64,000 bases of DNA from Zootoca vivipara (lineage: Eukaryota), in assembly GCF_963506605.1 (NCBI RefSeq), contig NC_083277.1, positions 56,792,001-56,856,000 on the forward strand. Reading direction: 5' to 3'. Below are positions 25,001 through 38,712 of the stretch, piece after piece. Below the pieces are notes generated by a model. It was not told where the DNA came from. It made no database searches and worked only from the letters and a program-made list of their open reading frames with translations. The position numbers and the translations under genes are program-made. How positions within the stretch are numbered: the stretch's first letter is position 1; the number at the start of each line of letters is the position of its first letter.

Positions 25001-28000
25001 CAGGAATTGGTTCCAGATAGGAGTGGAAAGCAGACACGAGAGTCTTGCAAATAAGCAGCCTTGCAATGAAGTACTGTTACTAGTCCACCTGCCCCAACAT
25101 ACCCATGTTAGTAACCTGCATGGCACTTTGAAAGCCTGAAAGCAGTGTAGGAGCAACCAGCTCTCTTCCTCCACAGAAAAGCTTCTCCATTGCCCTGAGG
25201 CCATTCTTATTCACCACAGGCATCCAGGAAAGTGGCTACAGTACTAGCAAGCCTAGAGAAGGGTGACATGGCTGACAGTGATGTATGTGGGATGCAAATT
25301 AAGGATGGGATGCTTTAGGAACAGAGGATGATGCAAGATCCAAAAAAACCAGAAGGCAAAATGAGGAAAGGGAGAGCAGATTGTAGTTTCCACAGGACCA
25401 AATAAGCCCACCCTGTGGCGAAAATCCACCCACCTGTGTGAAGGGATCATCATTCTCACTCAGATTTCTCTTAAGCTGGCGGAGCTCCATGCCCTTCTCA
25501 GTCAGCCGGTCCTCGAGCTGCTTCACCACATCTTCCAAGGAGTATGTGGGTTCATATGGAGGGGGTGGTTCCCCAGAGCTCTGCAGGCGGCTCAGGCTCT
25601 TGCAAGACAGAGGTGCTTTGTCTACAGCCAAAGGGTCCCGTGGCCCCCGAGAAGTCCTGTCTAAGGAACCACCAATGTGGTTGATGTGGCCTACGGAAGC
25701 ACTGAGCTGGGTTGGAGCAGGTTTGAAACGGGGAGTGTAGGTGGGGAAGCTTTGGATAGAGTTGGTGCTCTCGTCCAGGCTGATGGTGTGCAGCAGGTGG
25801 CTGCGGAGGGGGCCGCGTTGCGAGGAGCTGCTGGTGCTGCTCTGGGTCAGCAGCGTGTGCAGGCTCCCGTTGCTCTTGGACAGCTTCTGGCCTTTGGCTG
25901 ATGACAACCCCGGCATGGACAACAAGCTCTTCCCAGACACCACCTTGAAGGCAGAGGGTCTGATCCGACACTGGAAGGAACACAAGAGCCATTAGCAGGT
26001 ACATCAACCCATGAGCAAAGCAGGGATGGAAGGAGGTCCACATGTTCTTGCCACAGTTTGTAGAGTTGGATATAGCAGGGATGCAGAACATCAGTCTTAG
26101 GGGGCAACTGTGGCCCTCCAGGTCTCTTATCTGGCCAATGGGACTCTTCTCAAGCCGCACGCCCTTCCTCAGCCACACCCGCTACTGGCCCTGCTTTGTA
26201 CCCGCCTCAAGGATGGAATTCAATATAGAGCTACGGTGGAATTCAATATGGCGCTAAGGTAAACATTCCATCAGCACACGGAATTCTCCTTGTGCAACCA
26301 TCTCCCCCTCTTCTCCCTCCACCCTGCCCCCGATTCTGATCTAGGGGATGCCCCAACACTCTGGAGCAAATCTGGGGAGGCACGCACCTCACATGGTGGG
26401 AGGAGTCCCATTGTGCAAGTGGAAGTAGTTCTGCTCATGAAATTATTTCTTTGAATACTGCTCTGAGTATTGAGCGGAAGCGGAAGTTGGTGTTGTGATG
26501 GGGGCTGCTTGGAGTAGCCATAGGCAGTGCACAATGGCCGGTAACAACGTAATGAACCCACGGCGGCCAAATCACATTCTCAGATACAAACCTCTGTCCA
26601 CAGAGAACAACCCTACCCTGGAAGACACCACACCAGACTACATGAATCTACTGGGAATGATTTTCAGTATGTGTGGCTTGATGCTGAAGCTAAAGTGGTG
26701 CGCCTGGGTTGCTGTCTACTGTTCGTTCATCAGCTTTGCCAACTCTCGGAGCTCAGAAGATACCAAACAGATGATGAGCAGATTCATGTTGTCTAGCTTG
26801 GCTGTAGTGATGTCCTATCTGCAAAACCCACAACCCATGTCTCCTCCTTGGTGAAAGGATATTGCCTCTCTTCACAGCTCCTCTTGCAAAGCAGAGGTGC
26901 ACTCCCTCAACAGAGAGGACTATTTTCTCAGACAATGCAGATCCATTTGCACATGTCTTGGCAGTACTCGTTTTGCTGCATTAATAAAGTGATGGTTATT
27001 GGGGGGGTGGGGATACTGCCCTGAATGTTTTTGCTTGGCTGCAGCGTGTGCTTGATTGAAATTGATAATGCTTGTCGCTTGCCAAGATGGAGGATACAAG
27101 GGTACATGAGTGTGTGTGTGTGTGTGGAAACTAGCCACCTGCACAAAAGTAAAATTCATATATGTTGTTGCTCTGCCCACTTCTGCCTCTGGCCCCACCC
27201 AACACTGGCATGTAGCCCCAAAAGGATTGCAGCCCTTGGTCTAAAAAAAAGGGTTCCTACCCCGTTATATAGATTGGTTTTCCCTACTGATCGCCCCTCA
27301 ACTTCTTCCTCTTTCAGCTGTTGAAGATAAATGACATAGGCCTTCAAGAAGAAGAAGTTTGAGGCAGAGGCAGCCTACTTCTTTGACCAAGTAGGCTGGG
27401 CACTCCCTAGCCAGCAGCAACATACTGGACACCATGTGGAATCTGGTGGCCATGGGGCCAAGTGTATCCCAGGGTCCACCGATAGCAACAGTACAGCATC
27501 AGTAGCCAATATAGTTGTTCTGTCCACTGCAAACTGCACCTCCTTAGTTCCAGGTCCCTCTGGGTCCATTAGCTCCTCCTATGCTCCAATGCAGTGGTGG
27601 AGAACCTGTGCCCCCCCATATATTGTTTGATTACAGCCCTCAACAGCCCTGACCGTTGGCTTCGGCTGATGGGAGTTAGAGCCCAACAACACCTGGAGGA
27701 CCGCAAGTTCCTGACCTCCAGAACACCCCATTAATCCAATATCCCCACATCACACGCTGCTGGACCCTATGTAAAGCTAAAGGCTTTCTGTTTCAACACA
27801 TCAGAAATACTGTAGGACTACTGATGGGAAAATGCATTGGATTTATGCCAAGAAGCCCCACCCCATTCCCCTTCTGATCAGTGTCTCTGCCAAGAAACTC
27901 TCTCTTCCTTCCTAAAACCACACCCCCAGCTTGCTCACCTTGTCAAAGCGTCCACGTTCAGGCAAGGAGCTCTTGGAGAAATCAGCTGCCCGTTGATTGT

Positions 28001-28331
28001 CCCGGAAATACCGCTCAGGGGACTGGTTCTCCCGGTCACTCTCATAGTCCCTTTTAAAGCCACCTCCGGATGACTGGTGCTTCTTCTCAGCCCGCTTGCC
28101 CCCATGCAAGTAGCCAAAAACTTCACGCTGTGACATTCCTTTCCGGAGCAGCCCATCTGGCTGACGCATGCCGCGCAGACCTCCCGGAGCAGTTGGCAAG
28201 AAATCCTGTTTCTCTACTAGGCTGCCCACGCTGCCCATGCTGCCGTCTTCGGGCTCGGAATCCAGAGAGTAAGGATCAAAAAGACAATGGCCAGGGTCAC
28301 AGGTCACATGAGAAGCCTGTGCTGTTGCCAT
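22081..28331 (-). CDS. N4BP3: NEDD4-binding protein 3 (LZTS/Fez1 family), 585 aa
   Basis: Coding exons 28331-27939, 25970-25434, 23336-23079 and 22650-22081, all phase 0 and GT-AG. Motifs [34 protein letters not shown], the PY motif PPPPYE, coiled coil [34 protein letters not shown] and the C-terminal PDZ-type end ESSKI*. Adjacent to RMND5B as in other vertebrates. Confidence 0.95.
24141..24322. mobile_element. Tc1/mariner-type MITE
   Basis: TIR CAGTATATTCCTGCGTATAAGAC ... GTCTTATACGCCGGAATATA, with internal repeats of GTCGTCTTATACGCC; preceded by TA. Confidence 0.7.
24609..24678 (+). mobile_element. BovB/RTE 3'-end fragment
   Basis: GCCTGGCGTGCTCTGGTCCATGGGGTCACGAAGAGTCGGACACGACTAAATGACTAAACAACAACAA is the BovB terminus. 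9-bp TSD CATATAGTA. Confidence 0.85.
26534..26854 (+). CDS. WDR83OS: Processed (intronless) retrocopy of WDR83OS / Asterix / PAT10 with an intact 106-aa ORF; retrogene or young pseudogene
   Basis: [20 protein letters not shown]...[69 protein letters not shown] is recognisably Asterix. No introns, AATAAA at 26983, degenerate 17-bp TSD (26455-26471 / 27013-27029). Lies antisense in an N4BP3 intron. Confidence 0.88.
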   Translation: MAGNNVMNPRRPNHILRYKPLSTENNPTLEDTTPDYMNLLGMIFSMCGLMLKLKWCAWVAVYCSFISFANSRSSEDTKQMMSRFMLSSLAVVMSYLQNPQPMSPPW

Positions 28332-31300
28332 GGAGATTTAACGACAAGTGGAATGCCAGCACTGCCAAAAGAAGTCACATAGGAACACAAGTTATTGATA
28401 TGTTTGTTCCCACCAGCCTGTGGGAACACCAGGCTAAAAATCTATCCCAATCCATTCCTGTCAGCAAAAGGTCCTCACACCAGTTCCTAGCGACACCATG
28501 CTAGGAAACAAGTCTTCTCTTAAGCTTTGGTGGTCAAGCGAAACCAACAGAAGCCACTGATATTACAGGAGGGGTAGGGAGTCCAGAAGCTGTGGTTGGC
28601 CTACAACTCCCATCAGTCCTGACCATTGGCCTTGCTGGTTGAGGCTGATGGGCATAAATGCCCAACAACATCTGGAGGGCTGCAAGGTCCCCCACCCCTG
28701 CCCTACAGCTAACTATGGGCCCTGTCTCCTGCATCCCTTTTACTGAGCTATTTACTGTACTCACCCAGCCAGAGCAGAGTCCAAATGCAGGAGATGCTTC
28801 AGCAGGAAGAAGCAACTCCCAACAAGGAGGCAGGATCCACCCAGACCTGCTCCCCACAGAAGCCTAAGTTATTCTCCTCTGATGACAAGCTGAGTCCCAT
28901 CTCTAGCTCCTCCCACCCGCCTCAGGCAGTAGGGTGGAAAACAAAAATAAACACGCTGGATGGCAAAGGAGGAGCTCCAAAACTGACATTACTTGTGCAG
29001 CTACCGGTTATTCTCTCACCAAGGCTACTGCAAATCGTTTCCTTATTTTAGCCGCCAATAAAAGAACTCCTGGCAAGCCCCTATATTGGGCTGGGGAACC
29101 TGTGCCTCCCCACCACCTCCAGCTAATGCAGTTGGACTACAACTCCCATGATCCATGACCATGGACCATGCTGGCTGCAGCTGATGGGGGCAAGAGTCCA
29201 ACAACGAACATATGGAGGGTGCCAAGTTTCCCCACCACTGTTCTATACATTATATGGTGGTGGCAGCCTCTACTGTCCCTAAGAACATCCTGCTCCAGTG
29301 ATGATCACTGATAGCCTCCCCTGGCCCGCTTGGTCAAGTGCAGCCAGAATCCTATATAAAGCTTATATAAAGGTAGCATATTTTTGCGGCTTAACAGGCC
29401 AGTCAGAACAGGACATGAGTCTGGCATGACATTTGATGGGACCACAATGAGGAAAGCAGCTCCCTACCAGGATTCAGCCTTGGTCTGTCATATTGTCAGG
29501 GTGATAGTGATGATGCAACTGCAATTTCCCTCTCACACAGAACAGGGCCTTTTTTAGCTCCAGGCTAGTTAAGTGTACAGCCTGCTGTTCAGTTGGTTAA
29601 GAGGTGGGAAAGGAAGGAAGGCACAAACCACAACCTAATGCTTGCCAGCTTCCATGGGGCAGATAGGGTGGCCATGTGTCCTACTATGGAGAGGACAGTT
29701 CTCTATTTGAAGGGCTGTCTGGTCAAAATCCAGTTTAAAGATAAAAGAACCAAGAAGGGGGGGGTTGTCTTTGAAGTTGCCCCTCAACAGTGGACTGAGA
29801 GGCACACAGGTCACCTGGTCAGTCTTTCCCACTATGGATGAGATGTTTGTACTTTTACCTAAAATATTCTTTCTAAATCTGCATCTATACATATGAATTA
29901 GCACATGCAGATTTACTATAGGTTTGTATGGTTGTTTTTTTACCTCTTCTTGGTAATGGGTTTTCTCTTTCTTGGTGATGTATGAGTGGGCACTCTCGGG
30001 GTAGGATAAATCTCAGACTCCTAAACTTCAGAAACGTCACCCAGTTTCTATATACGGTACTTGTCTCCAGACCTGGCTCCAGATATACACTGCCAGAGTT
30101 GAACAGTAGAGAAACAAGCATATATGACTTGCTGTTTTTCCCTCCTCATGGAGGCAATAATATAAGGCGTAACAATCCTCTGTGTCCCCTCTAACTAAAG
30201 GCAGGACTCGTATCTTAAACTGTTTGGTGATTTCTCGGGGCAAGAACTGAAGTATCTTGGCACAGATTTATTCTGATGAGGCAGTGTTTCAGGGAACTAA
30301 ATTGGAAACATGCTCAGAGATGAGCTGGAAGCACAAACAGCTGAATTGGAGGAAACCGGAAAAGATATTTGGGAGGCAAGAAGGGGAGGACAGCATCATT
30401 TCCTGAGCAGGTGTGAAGGCTTTGAATACTCAGCCTTACTAGGAGAGAGCATGAAAGCCTGCTGTTAACTGTTTGCAAATGAATGTTTGGTCTCCAAATG
30501 CCACAGATTAAGGTCTGGTTTACACATGCAGCAAAATAAAGGCGAAGGTTAAGGACTTCTGACAGCAGGTGGAGAGCCATATTTCCGAATGCTCCCGGAA
30601 GTCCAACAAAAACTCCCTCTGAGCAGAAGCCAGCACAGCAGGCAATAGGCTAGAGACTAGTCCTGATAATATAGTTTCTTACACCCATCACAAAAAATAA
30701 ATGCAATACAGAAACAGCATTAAAAGAGGCAGCAACATTCCAGATAGGAAAACAAATTATTGGGGGGGGAACCAAGCATAACCACAGAAGGGGGGGGAGT
30801 AGAAAAAGAAATTAAAAGTGACAGATTTAAAAAACCTGTGAGAATAGGAAAGGGTTTTGCCTGGGGGCGAAAATATGTCTAGCTAGGCAGCAGAGAGAAC
30901 CTCTCTGGCAAGCTACTACTGAGCAGCCCAGTTTTTTTGTAGCCACCTGTTGTATCTCAGCTGAGTTGGGACTTGGCGAAGGATCCCCATTGTTGATCTC
31001 GGGGTATATAAGTAGAAAAGGGTGGAAAGTGGTTTTTCACATATTGCACTGAAGGACTTGGAAGGTCAGAATCAGCAATTGCGCCTGGCAACACGCTGGG
31101 TGCCAGTGTAGTTGGCATACTAGGCTCTTAGTACCCAGCCCCAAATAGTACTCTTGCAACTGTATTCTATACTATCTGTAGTTTCTAGACCATCATCAAA
31201 GGCAGTCCAAAATACAACACCTCACAGTTACCTAATTAGGTTACCAAGACACACCAGGATCACTGAAGCCAGGCTATCTCTGCTCAAGCATAGTCATAGT

Positions 31301-32599
31301 TGGTGTACCAGTCAGGTAAGCTAGCATAAGGCACTATAAGATGGCAGAAGGCACTCTCATCCTCTGCATGGCTAAGCCTAAATGCCCACTGTAAGAGCTC
31401 AATGCACTGATCTGATGTGATTTATTATACTTCTATGCCGCTTTTCATTCAAATGAATCCCAAAGTGGCTTACGAACAATACATAACAATGACATGATAC
31501 AGTACAGCATAATATATCACAAATACACTATTAACAACATAGAATATTTAACAAATCATCAGGAAAACAATTACAATTCATAAAACACTTAAATCATCAA
31601 CTAAAAAAATAAGCTAAACATCACAAAGCAAAAGTCATAACCCGGAGTGGGGGGGGGAGGAGCTCTATTATACACGTCCTTCCTTTTAATCATAGGCCTC
31701 TAAGAAGGTAATCTCAATATTTCTACTACAACAGTTCCACTTTCCATCATTACCAAACTAGGGCTGATTTCTTGAATTGCCCAGGGCAGTGGCTCTAAGA
31801 AGGCTAGCACCTCAGAGCAACTCTCTGCACCTCCATTTTAAACGAGCTTGCTGCCAAATGTTCATGCTCTGACCCTGCAAGATAATGACCCTAAGCACTG
31901 CAGGCTCATTAATTATCAGATAATGAATCAGCCCAACATGCTCATAACCCTGAGTCAAAAAGCTGCCACGAGTACGGAAGCACAATGTTAAAAGGACTTT
32001 GCCAACAGGCGCCAAAAAAGGTCCACAGTCAAACTGGCAACAGAACCCGGGACTCCACATTCCCTCTTGTAGGGGCCAGTAAGTTGGCTCCAGTCATATC
32101 AAGTGGATCAAGGAAGTCCCAAAGAGGAAGGTTTCCATGGCAACAGACTTCCACACAGCTCATTTATGTTCCCACATGTACTGATAATATACAGTCTGTT
32201 CAAAGTAGGCTTGTGGCAGAGAGCCCGCCCAGCTTTAACAGATGTTGACACAGTTCTTGCAAAGGAATAAGAGATCTCCCCCCCCCCTTGGTGCACATAA
32301 TTGGGTCCCCAGTGCACATGACAAAGGGTAGCGACAGTAGCTAAAGGCTCATTATAATGATCCTATCCCATGTTGACTGGCAGATAGGATGGGGCGTTTC
32401 AATAGATGTCCCAGAGGATTTGGCGGCCTAGATTCCTATACAGTGCCAAGACTCTTGAAACTTTCCTGGCCTAGAGGCTCACACCCCATCTGAATCAGGA
32501 GAGACTGTGCATGCCCTGGACCAGAGTGTGGACTCGGTGAAGGCCAAAAAAAAAAAAAAAGAGTCTGAATCATTGCAAGATGGAGGCAATGCGGGCAAG

Positions 32600-34150
32600 T
32601 GGTTCCCAAGTCTCAATAATGGGACAGCTGCCTTTCTATTGGGTTGCACTCCCCTAAAGGAGCAGGTATGCCTGGGTATAGACTGGGTGTGCTCCTGGAT
32701 CCAGCTTTGACACTAGACTAGAGGCTGGTTCCCAGATACAAGAGAGAGGGCAGTTGCCCACTCTGGATAGGGCTGCACTCCTTCTGAAGGAGCAGGCACA
32801 TAGTTTGGGGTGCTCCTGGAACTAACTTGGTGGCCTTAGTGACTGGGAGTTCTTTTTATCTGCTGGTATGCCCACCAAGTGTGGCAGTTCCTGATTAGGG
32901 ATGACCTGACTACTAAATTCCATGTGTACTGATAACCTCAAGACTATGCCCTTGCGTTTCATCCAGAAGCTTCAACTATTGTGGAATGCTCTGGCTAGAC
33001 TGGTGATAGAAACAGACTACCACCAACACATGACAACGGACTTAGAAGACTGGCACTGGCTTCCCGTCTGCTACCATGTACAATGTCCTGAACAACCTGG
33101 GCTCAGGATACCTTACTGACTGCTTTACCCTGTATGTCCCAGGTTGATAAGTGAGATCATCCAGGGAAGTGTGGTCCCCCATGGACCAGAAGCACAGCTC
33201 ATATCAACAAGAAGCCATGCCTCCACTGTAACTCTAAGGAACTCCCTACCATTAGAAATTAGGCAGGCACTGTCCTTGCTAAGTTTCAGATGTTAGGTTA
33301 AACCAGGAGACCTTCACACCATTAGAATGTTGTTCTAATGTTCTCCCCGCTACCTACTGTATATTGGGTGTTTTTATTTCTGTAAGCTGCTTTGAGACAT
33401 ATGGTGAAAAGTGGTGCATATGCTTGTAAATAAAGAAATAGAGGCTGGGGTGACCTTCATGGCTAGGAGTGCTTTTTTACCAGCTTTGGTTGGCAAGACA
33501 GCTACGGCCATTTCCGAACCAGGATAGCCTGAAAATGGTTGCTCATGCACTGGTAGCCTCCATGTGACGCTGCCCATGAAGTTGGTTCAGAAACTGCAGA
33601 TTGTGCAAAATGCAGTGGCCTCAACCGCTCACTGAGGCAGACTATCACCATCGTGTTATGCCGTTGCTGAAAGAATTATACCCACTGCCAATTAGCTACC
33701 AGACTAAGTTCAAGGGGCTGGTATACAAAGCCTATAGAGCTTGGGACCAGAATATAAGAGTGTATTACTCCTTCTATGCCCAAGCAATGACTGCACTGTG
33801 AAGAGAAATGGACTTCTGCATATGCCATCTAATCAAGAGGCCCATTCTGTACAATGTAGGAATTGGGCCGTTAGAATGGCAGCACCAACTCTTGGGAACT
33901 CCATACTGTTTCTTTCAGACAGACACCATCTCAGTTAGTTATCTTTTCAAAGTCTATTGAATAGCTTCTGTTCTTCAACAAGCCTTTGCAGTGAATATTT
34001 TTATCCCACTCAGTATCTGCATCAAACTGAAATTGTTTTTATATTTGAAATTGTGTGTGTGTGTGCACATGTGTTTATTGTTGATGTAGTTATTACTTTC
34101 CGAGATATTTTATAGGAAGCAATTCACATACAGAATGGAATAAAATAAAT
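32600..34150 (+). mobile_element. Cluster of decayed L2 LINE fragments
   Basis: Broken translations such as QKLQLLWNALARLV...DWHWLPVCY and QKLQIVQNAVA...LYPLPISY, with L2-like 3' ends at ~33420 and ~34150. Confidence 0.6.
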
Positions 34151-35205
34151 ATTTCCCAATACCACCGTTTTGTTCATAATAATTTCATGATTAGCTGATG
34201 GGGTGATTTTCTTTTATTGTCATGTTGTTGATACTATATGTGAAACAAATTATTGAATGTTAATAGTTTTTGGTTATATTTTGAATTGTTACAGGGTGGC
34301 AGTGATTTCTAGTGTATATTTTGTCATTTCTTAGGGTTCTAAACCACCTCAAACACAGTAATTTGGAAAGGTGGCAAACAAACTGGAATAAAATGAAGTT
34401 GGGCTGGTTCACATGGATGAACCTGTTCAGGTAACACTAGGACTGTGACGCATTGAATCTGTATGGAAATTCCTCAATCAGACCTGTCATGCCAACTGGG
34501 ATGGAAGCCAGTTCCTGCCAAATCTCTTTCTCTACTGTTCAGTTCATAGTCTGATGTCCAATTACTCTTCACTGTTTTCTGTCTTCTAAAATGTTTTGTG
34601 GTCTCCACCCTTTTCTTTAATTTGCTCCATGTGGTTCTATCCAAGTCTTGATCTTGTTCCTTTTTCCTCTTAGTTTCCTTTCAATCATCTATTGAAGGAT
34701 CTCCCATCTTCTGCAATATCACATTGGACCCTAGGACTCTTAGGATAAGCACCGTCATACTTCTTCAACTTTTTCTGCAGTCTGCATACTGCTCCAAATC
34801 CACCCAAATATACCTTCACTCGCTTCCATCCTATTCACATTCTTTTCCAATACAAGCTTCACATTTTGTTTCTTTCACTTGGCCTCTTGTCTATACTTCA
34901 CATATACCGGTAAATATATGAACACATATTTTTAAACTTCTGGATATATTTCTCCTGCCAGATATTCTCCGCTCAGTGAATGCTCTGCTTTATAACAAAA
35001 AGCTGGGAGAAGCAATGGGCCCTGTTGGGATGCTACCTGGCAGGGCTGGCCTACCTTGCAAAAGTGAGAGGGTGGTGGATTGACCATGTAGGTTGCCAGA
35101 GAGCAGAGGTGAGCAAAAAGGGCTAGGCAGCGCATGCAGGAATCAGGTTAATGGGCATGCAGCAGAGCAGCGCTCCTCCTGACTGGCTCAGATATGCCTG
35201 GATAC

Positions 35206-35338
35206 ATAGAATCATAGAATTGTAGAGATTCAAGTCCAAACCCTGCAATGCAGGAACACATAGCTATCCCATACAGGAATTGAACCTGCGACCTTGACAT
35301 CATCAGCACCACACTCTAACCAACTGAGCTATCCTGGC
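35206..35338 (-). mobile_element. tRNA(Ile)-derived SINE with CR1-like (ATTCTATG)n tail
   Basis: Minus strand GCCAGGATAGCTCAGTTGGTTAGAGTGTGGTGCTGATGATGTCAAGGTCGCAGGTTCAATTCCTGTATGGG resembles tRNA-Ile, but the acceptor stem is broken and it continues into ...CTCTACAATTCTATGATTCTATG. Confidence 0.7.
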
Positions 35339-37525
35339 TGTGTGGGGGGGATGTTCCCTCACCTTCCCTAGCGTGGAGTTGCACCTTGAACCAGGGACTT
35401 CCAGCCTACTCTTCTGCAGCCCCAGAGCTCCTGGCAACTATGCATGGGTGTTCAGGCTGAGGATGGGAGGAAAACAAATGCGCCATGGTGTGTCTACTAA
35501 CTGTCTGCTCCTCTGGCTGACTGGCTCTGTGGTAATTGCAGTGTGGGTTCAAACTTTGGAAACTCCCTCTCTTTTGCCCCTGATATAGCCTTTTCCTTCC
35601 CTTACCTACCTCCCTCCCCACTCTGTCTGTGTGTGGCTAGGTTTACAAAAGGTGAGCACGGCCAGATTTGCCCCCTCCCTCTAGTAGGGCTCACACTCCC
35701 ATATCCTGCTTCCCAGCCCCGTGCTCTATGCAGTGAGTCACTGATAGTTATTGCTGTCAGCAAGTGTCTGTAGCTAGCTGCCTTTGTTACACAGCTCAAC
35801 TCCTCCCTTGGGCTGCTTGGCCAAAGGGTTTTTACCTCCCTACCTGAATCTTTAACCCCTGTTGGCAGGAGGGCTACACTTGATATTTGCAAGCCCAGGA
35901 AATTACTTGGGTGCTGTGCAAGTAACATTGCCAGCACAATCCCTGATTCATAATGGGCAGTGCCAATTTTCCCAGGGATGCTGGCCGTGTTTGATGTATC
36001 CCTTTCTAATGCTGCTTTTGTATGTGTATGTGTGTCCCTCTCAACGTGGTAAATATAGGCTATGGGGATGTTCCAGCAGTGTAGTGGTGGTACATTCTGC
36101 CCCCCTTGCCAAATAAATAAATAAAGCAAAAATAAAGCATAGAGATTGCGTTGCCTTAGGGCTAGTTCCAAACTGATTAAAGGATACTCTCACATAATTT
36201 TTAACTGACCTATGAAAATCTCCAACACAGATTGTATCTAAGTATCAGAATTTAACCAAGATAAATTGGGCAGCTATACTATAATTGGTAACTAGAATAA
36301 GAATAATTGGTGCTACATAGGTGGAGGAAAATAAATCCTTCAAGCCTTAGGGTGAAATTCCATCACATTATGAAAAATAGGGGTATGACATTTCTGAGGT
36401 ATGGTATATTATCTTACAATGTGTGTGTTTTGCATTACGTTTCACCTCATTTTGAAATGCCAGTGATTGCCAGAAGACTGGGCTAAATTGGCAATTCTAG
36501 TGGAGATAAGTGGAAAAAAAAAAGAACTGAGACGAGAGACTGGCTTACTGCAGGAATTGCCAAGAGTCTAACCTCTGCAGACTTCAATAACAACTGACAC
36601 TTTATTTTGTCACACGCTGGAACTAGTGCATCCCTGTAGGATCAAACCCCCTTCCATTTATGCCAATATACAAATCTATGGTGAGAGAGACCTCACTTGT
36701 AATAGTGGGCAGTATTCAAAACACATTCCCTCTCCAAGGATTTCCAATTGCATAAGGGGATTTTCTCCAAGTCTCACAGTGGCCAACCAATTCTTGAGAG
36801 TAGGATGTGGACTAGATGGGCCTCCTTTGGCCTGATCCAGCAGGGTTCTTCTGATGTTCCACTAAGTATTTGCAGCAATAGGACAAACTGGGCAAATCTG
36901 TAATGTAATAATAAATTGACAGTGACAGACCGATAATACAAGTAGTCAGGGCTAAGTCAGGGACAGGTAAATGAAGCAGGCTCAAAGCTGAAGCAGGCAA
37001 AGTCTGGGAAACTGAAGATGGCTTTGGATACTACCCAGAATTGCTGCTGGGGGGGAAATGTATGAATAACTTGCACATCCTGCTTCCATTCTGCTACGTG
37101 CTACATACCGGTAGGTATCCAGCTTATACAGCTCCTTTTGAAGATGATAGTTTGCTGCTATTACTACTACCCAGAAGCATGGAAAGAGCGTTATCTTTTC
37201 AGTGCTCCAATGCAACATCTGAAACCATCCATAGTTAGGATCTAGAAGTGATGCATGGGCACGTTCTGTTGTAGAAATAAGGGTTTAAGGCAGGAAAGGA
37301 AGAGATCTAGCAGGGCAGGGGATAACTGCAACAAAGCACACATAAGAGAGCAAAGCAAGGGAAGAGATGACTGGGGATATTTGAGATCTGGAGGCACATT
37401 ACTGTAAGTTTGCAGCGGTGGCTAAATGGACATGGTTCTTGTCCAATTCTCAGAGAGTAAGTCAGGTTCAAGGATTTCTGACACTAAAAGCTGAAACTTC
37501 ACTATCCAATCACACTAATACAGTA

Positions 37526-37988
37526 CAGTGGTACCTTGGTTCTCAAACTTATTCCGTTCCGGAAGTCCGTTCCAAAACCAAGGCATGCTTTCCCGTAGAA
37601 AGTAATGCAAAATGGATTAATCTGTTCCAGACTTTTAAAACAACCCCTAAAACAGCAATATAACATTAATTCTACTATCTAACGAGACCATTGATCCATA
37701 AAATGAAAGCAATAAACAAGGTACTACAGTCAAAACAAAAAAACAAAAAAAACCATCAAAGCAAAAAGAGCCGCAAAAACAAAAACGCAAAATAGCAAAA
37801 ACAGACAGACCTCAGCGTAACACTCAAAACAGAAGTGTGGCACTCAAATCGGAAGCGTAACACTCAAAACAGAGCATGTTCAGCTTCCAAAAAAAAGTTC
37901 GCAAACCGGAACACTTACTTCCGAGTTTGCAGTGTTTGGGTTCCAAGTTGTTTGAGAACCAAGGCGTTTGAGAACCAGTGTACCACTG
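37526..37988. mobile_element. Tc1/mariner (Tigger-like) MITE
   Basis: TIRs CAGTGGTACCTTGGTTCTCAAAC / GTTTGAGAACCAGTGTACCACTG with TA flanks. Same TIR type as 16518-16758. Confidence 0.85.
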
Positions 37989-38401
37989 TACTTGTGTGGG
38001 CTGTGACATTTCTGGGCCAAGGAACTCTTGGTCTCTCCTGAGAATGTCAATGGTAATTTCATTTCTTTCTCAAAAAAGAGAAGGCGATAAGCTTCATGGT
38101 GTGAACAAGTATTAAAAATGTGACTGCAGTTTATGCCAAGACTCATAAACCAGAAGGCAAATTAAGAGACTCCAATATGTGGCTGTCACTGAGAATGACT
38201 ATTAAATCAGCATCAGATTTTTAGAAGCTTGCTGTGATTCTAAACATCTGAAGGAGACCATGAATGTCATAAAAATAGAAAAGGTCTCCTGGATCAGACC
38301 AAAGGTCCATCTAGTCCACCATTCTATTCCTAGTAATGCTTCAGAACAGCCCTCTACTGTTGTTTCACACACACACACAACTTGATTTCAGTGCTATACA
38401 T

Positions 38402-38712
38402 CAGGCATGTCCAACAGGTAGATCGTGATCTACCAGTAGATCACTGGATGTCTGCAGTAGATCACTGGTAGATCACTGGCTCCCCCCAAAGAAGCCGAAC
38501 AACTGTGGCTCCCCTAAAAAAAAAGCTCAACATTTTACCTCCTCCCTGAAAAAACTCAACAACTTTGACCTTAACCCCCCCCTTCAATTGGTCTTCCTCC
38601 TTCCTAAAAAAAGTTCAGCAACTTTGACCTGAACCCCAAAAAGGAGGGTAGATCACTGCCAGTTTTTAACTCTGTGAGTAGATCGCAGTCTCTTGGGAGT
38701 TGGCCACCCCTG
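38402..38712. mobile_element. hAT-type non-autonomous element
   Basis: CAGGCATGTCCAAC...GTTGGCCACCCCTG ends, perfect 8-bp TSD CTATACAT, and repeated GTAGATC subterminal motifs. Confidence 0.85.

Noticed and set aside
35260-35338. Possible tRNA-Ile gene
   Set aside because: The acceptor and other stems are disrupted and it runs into a LINE-like tail, so it is a SINE head.
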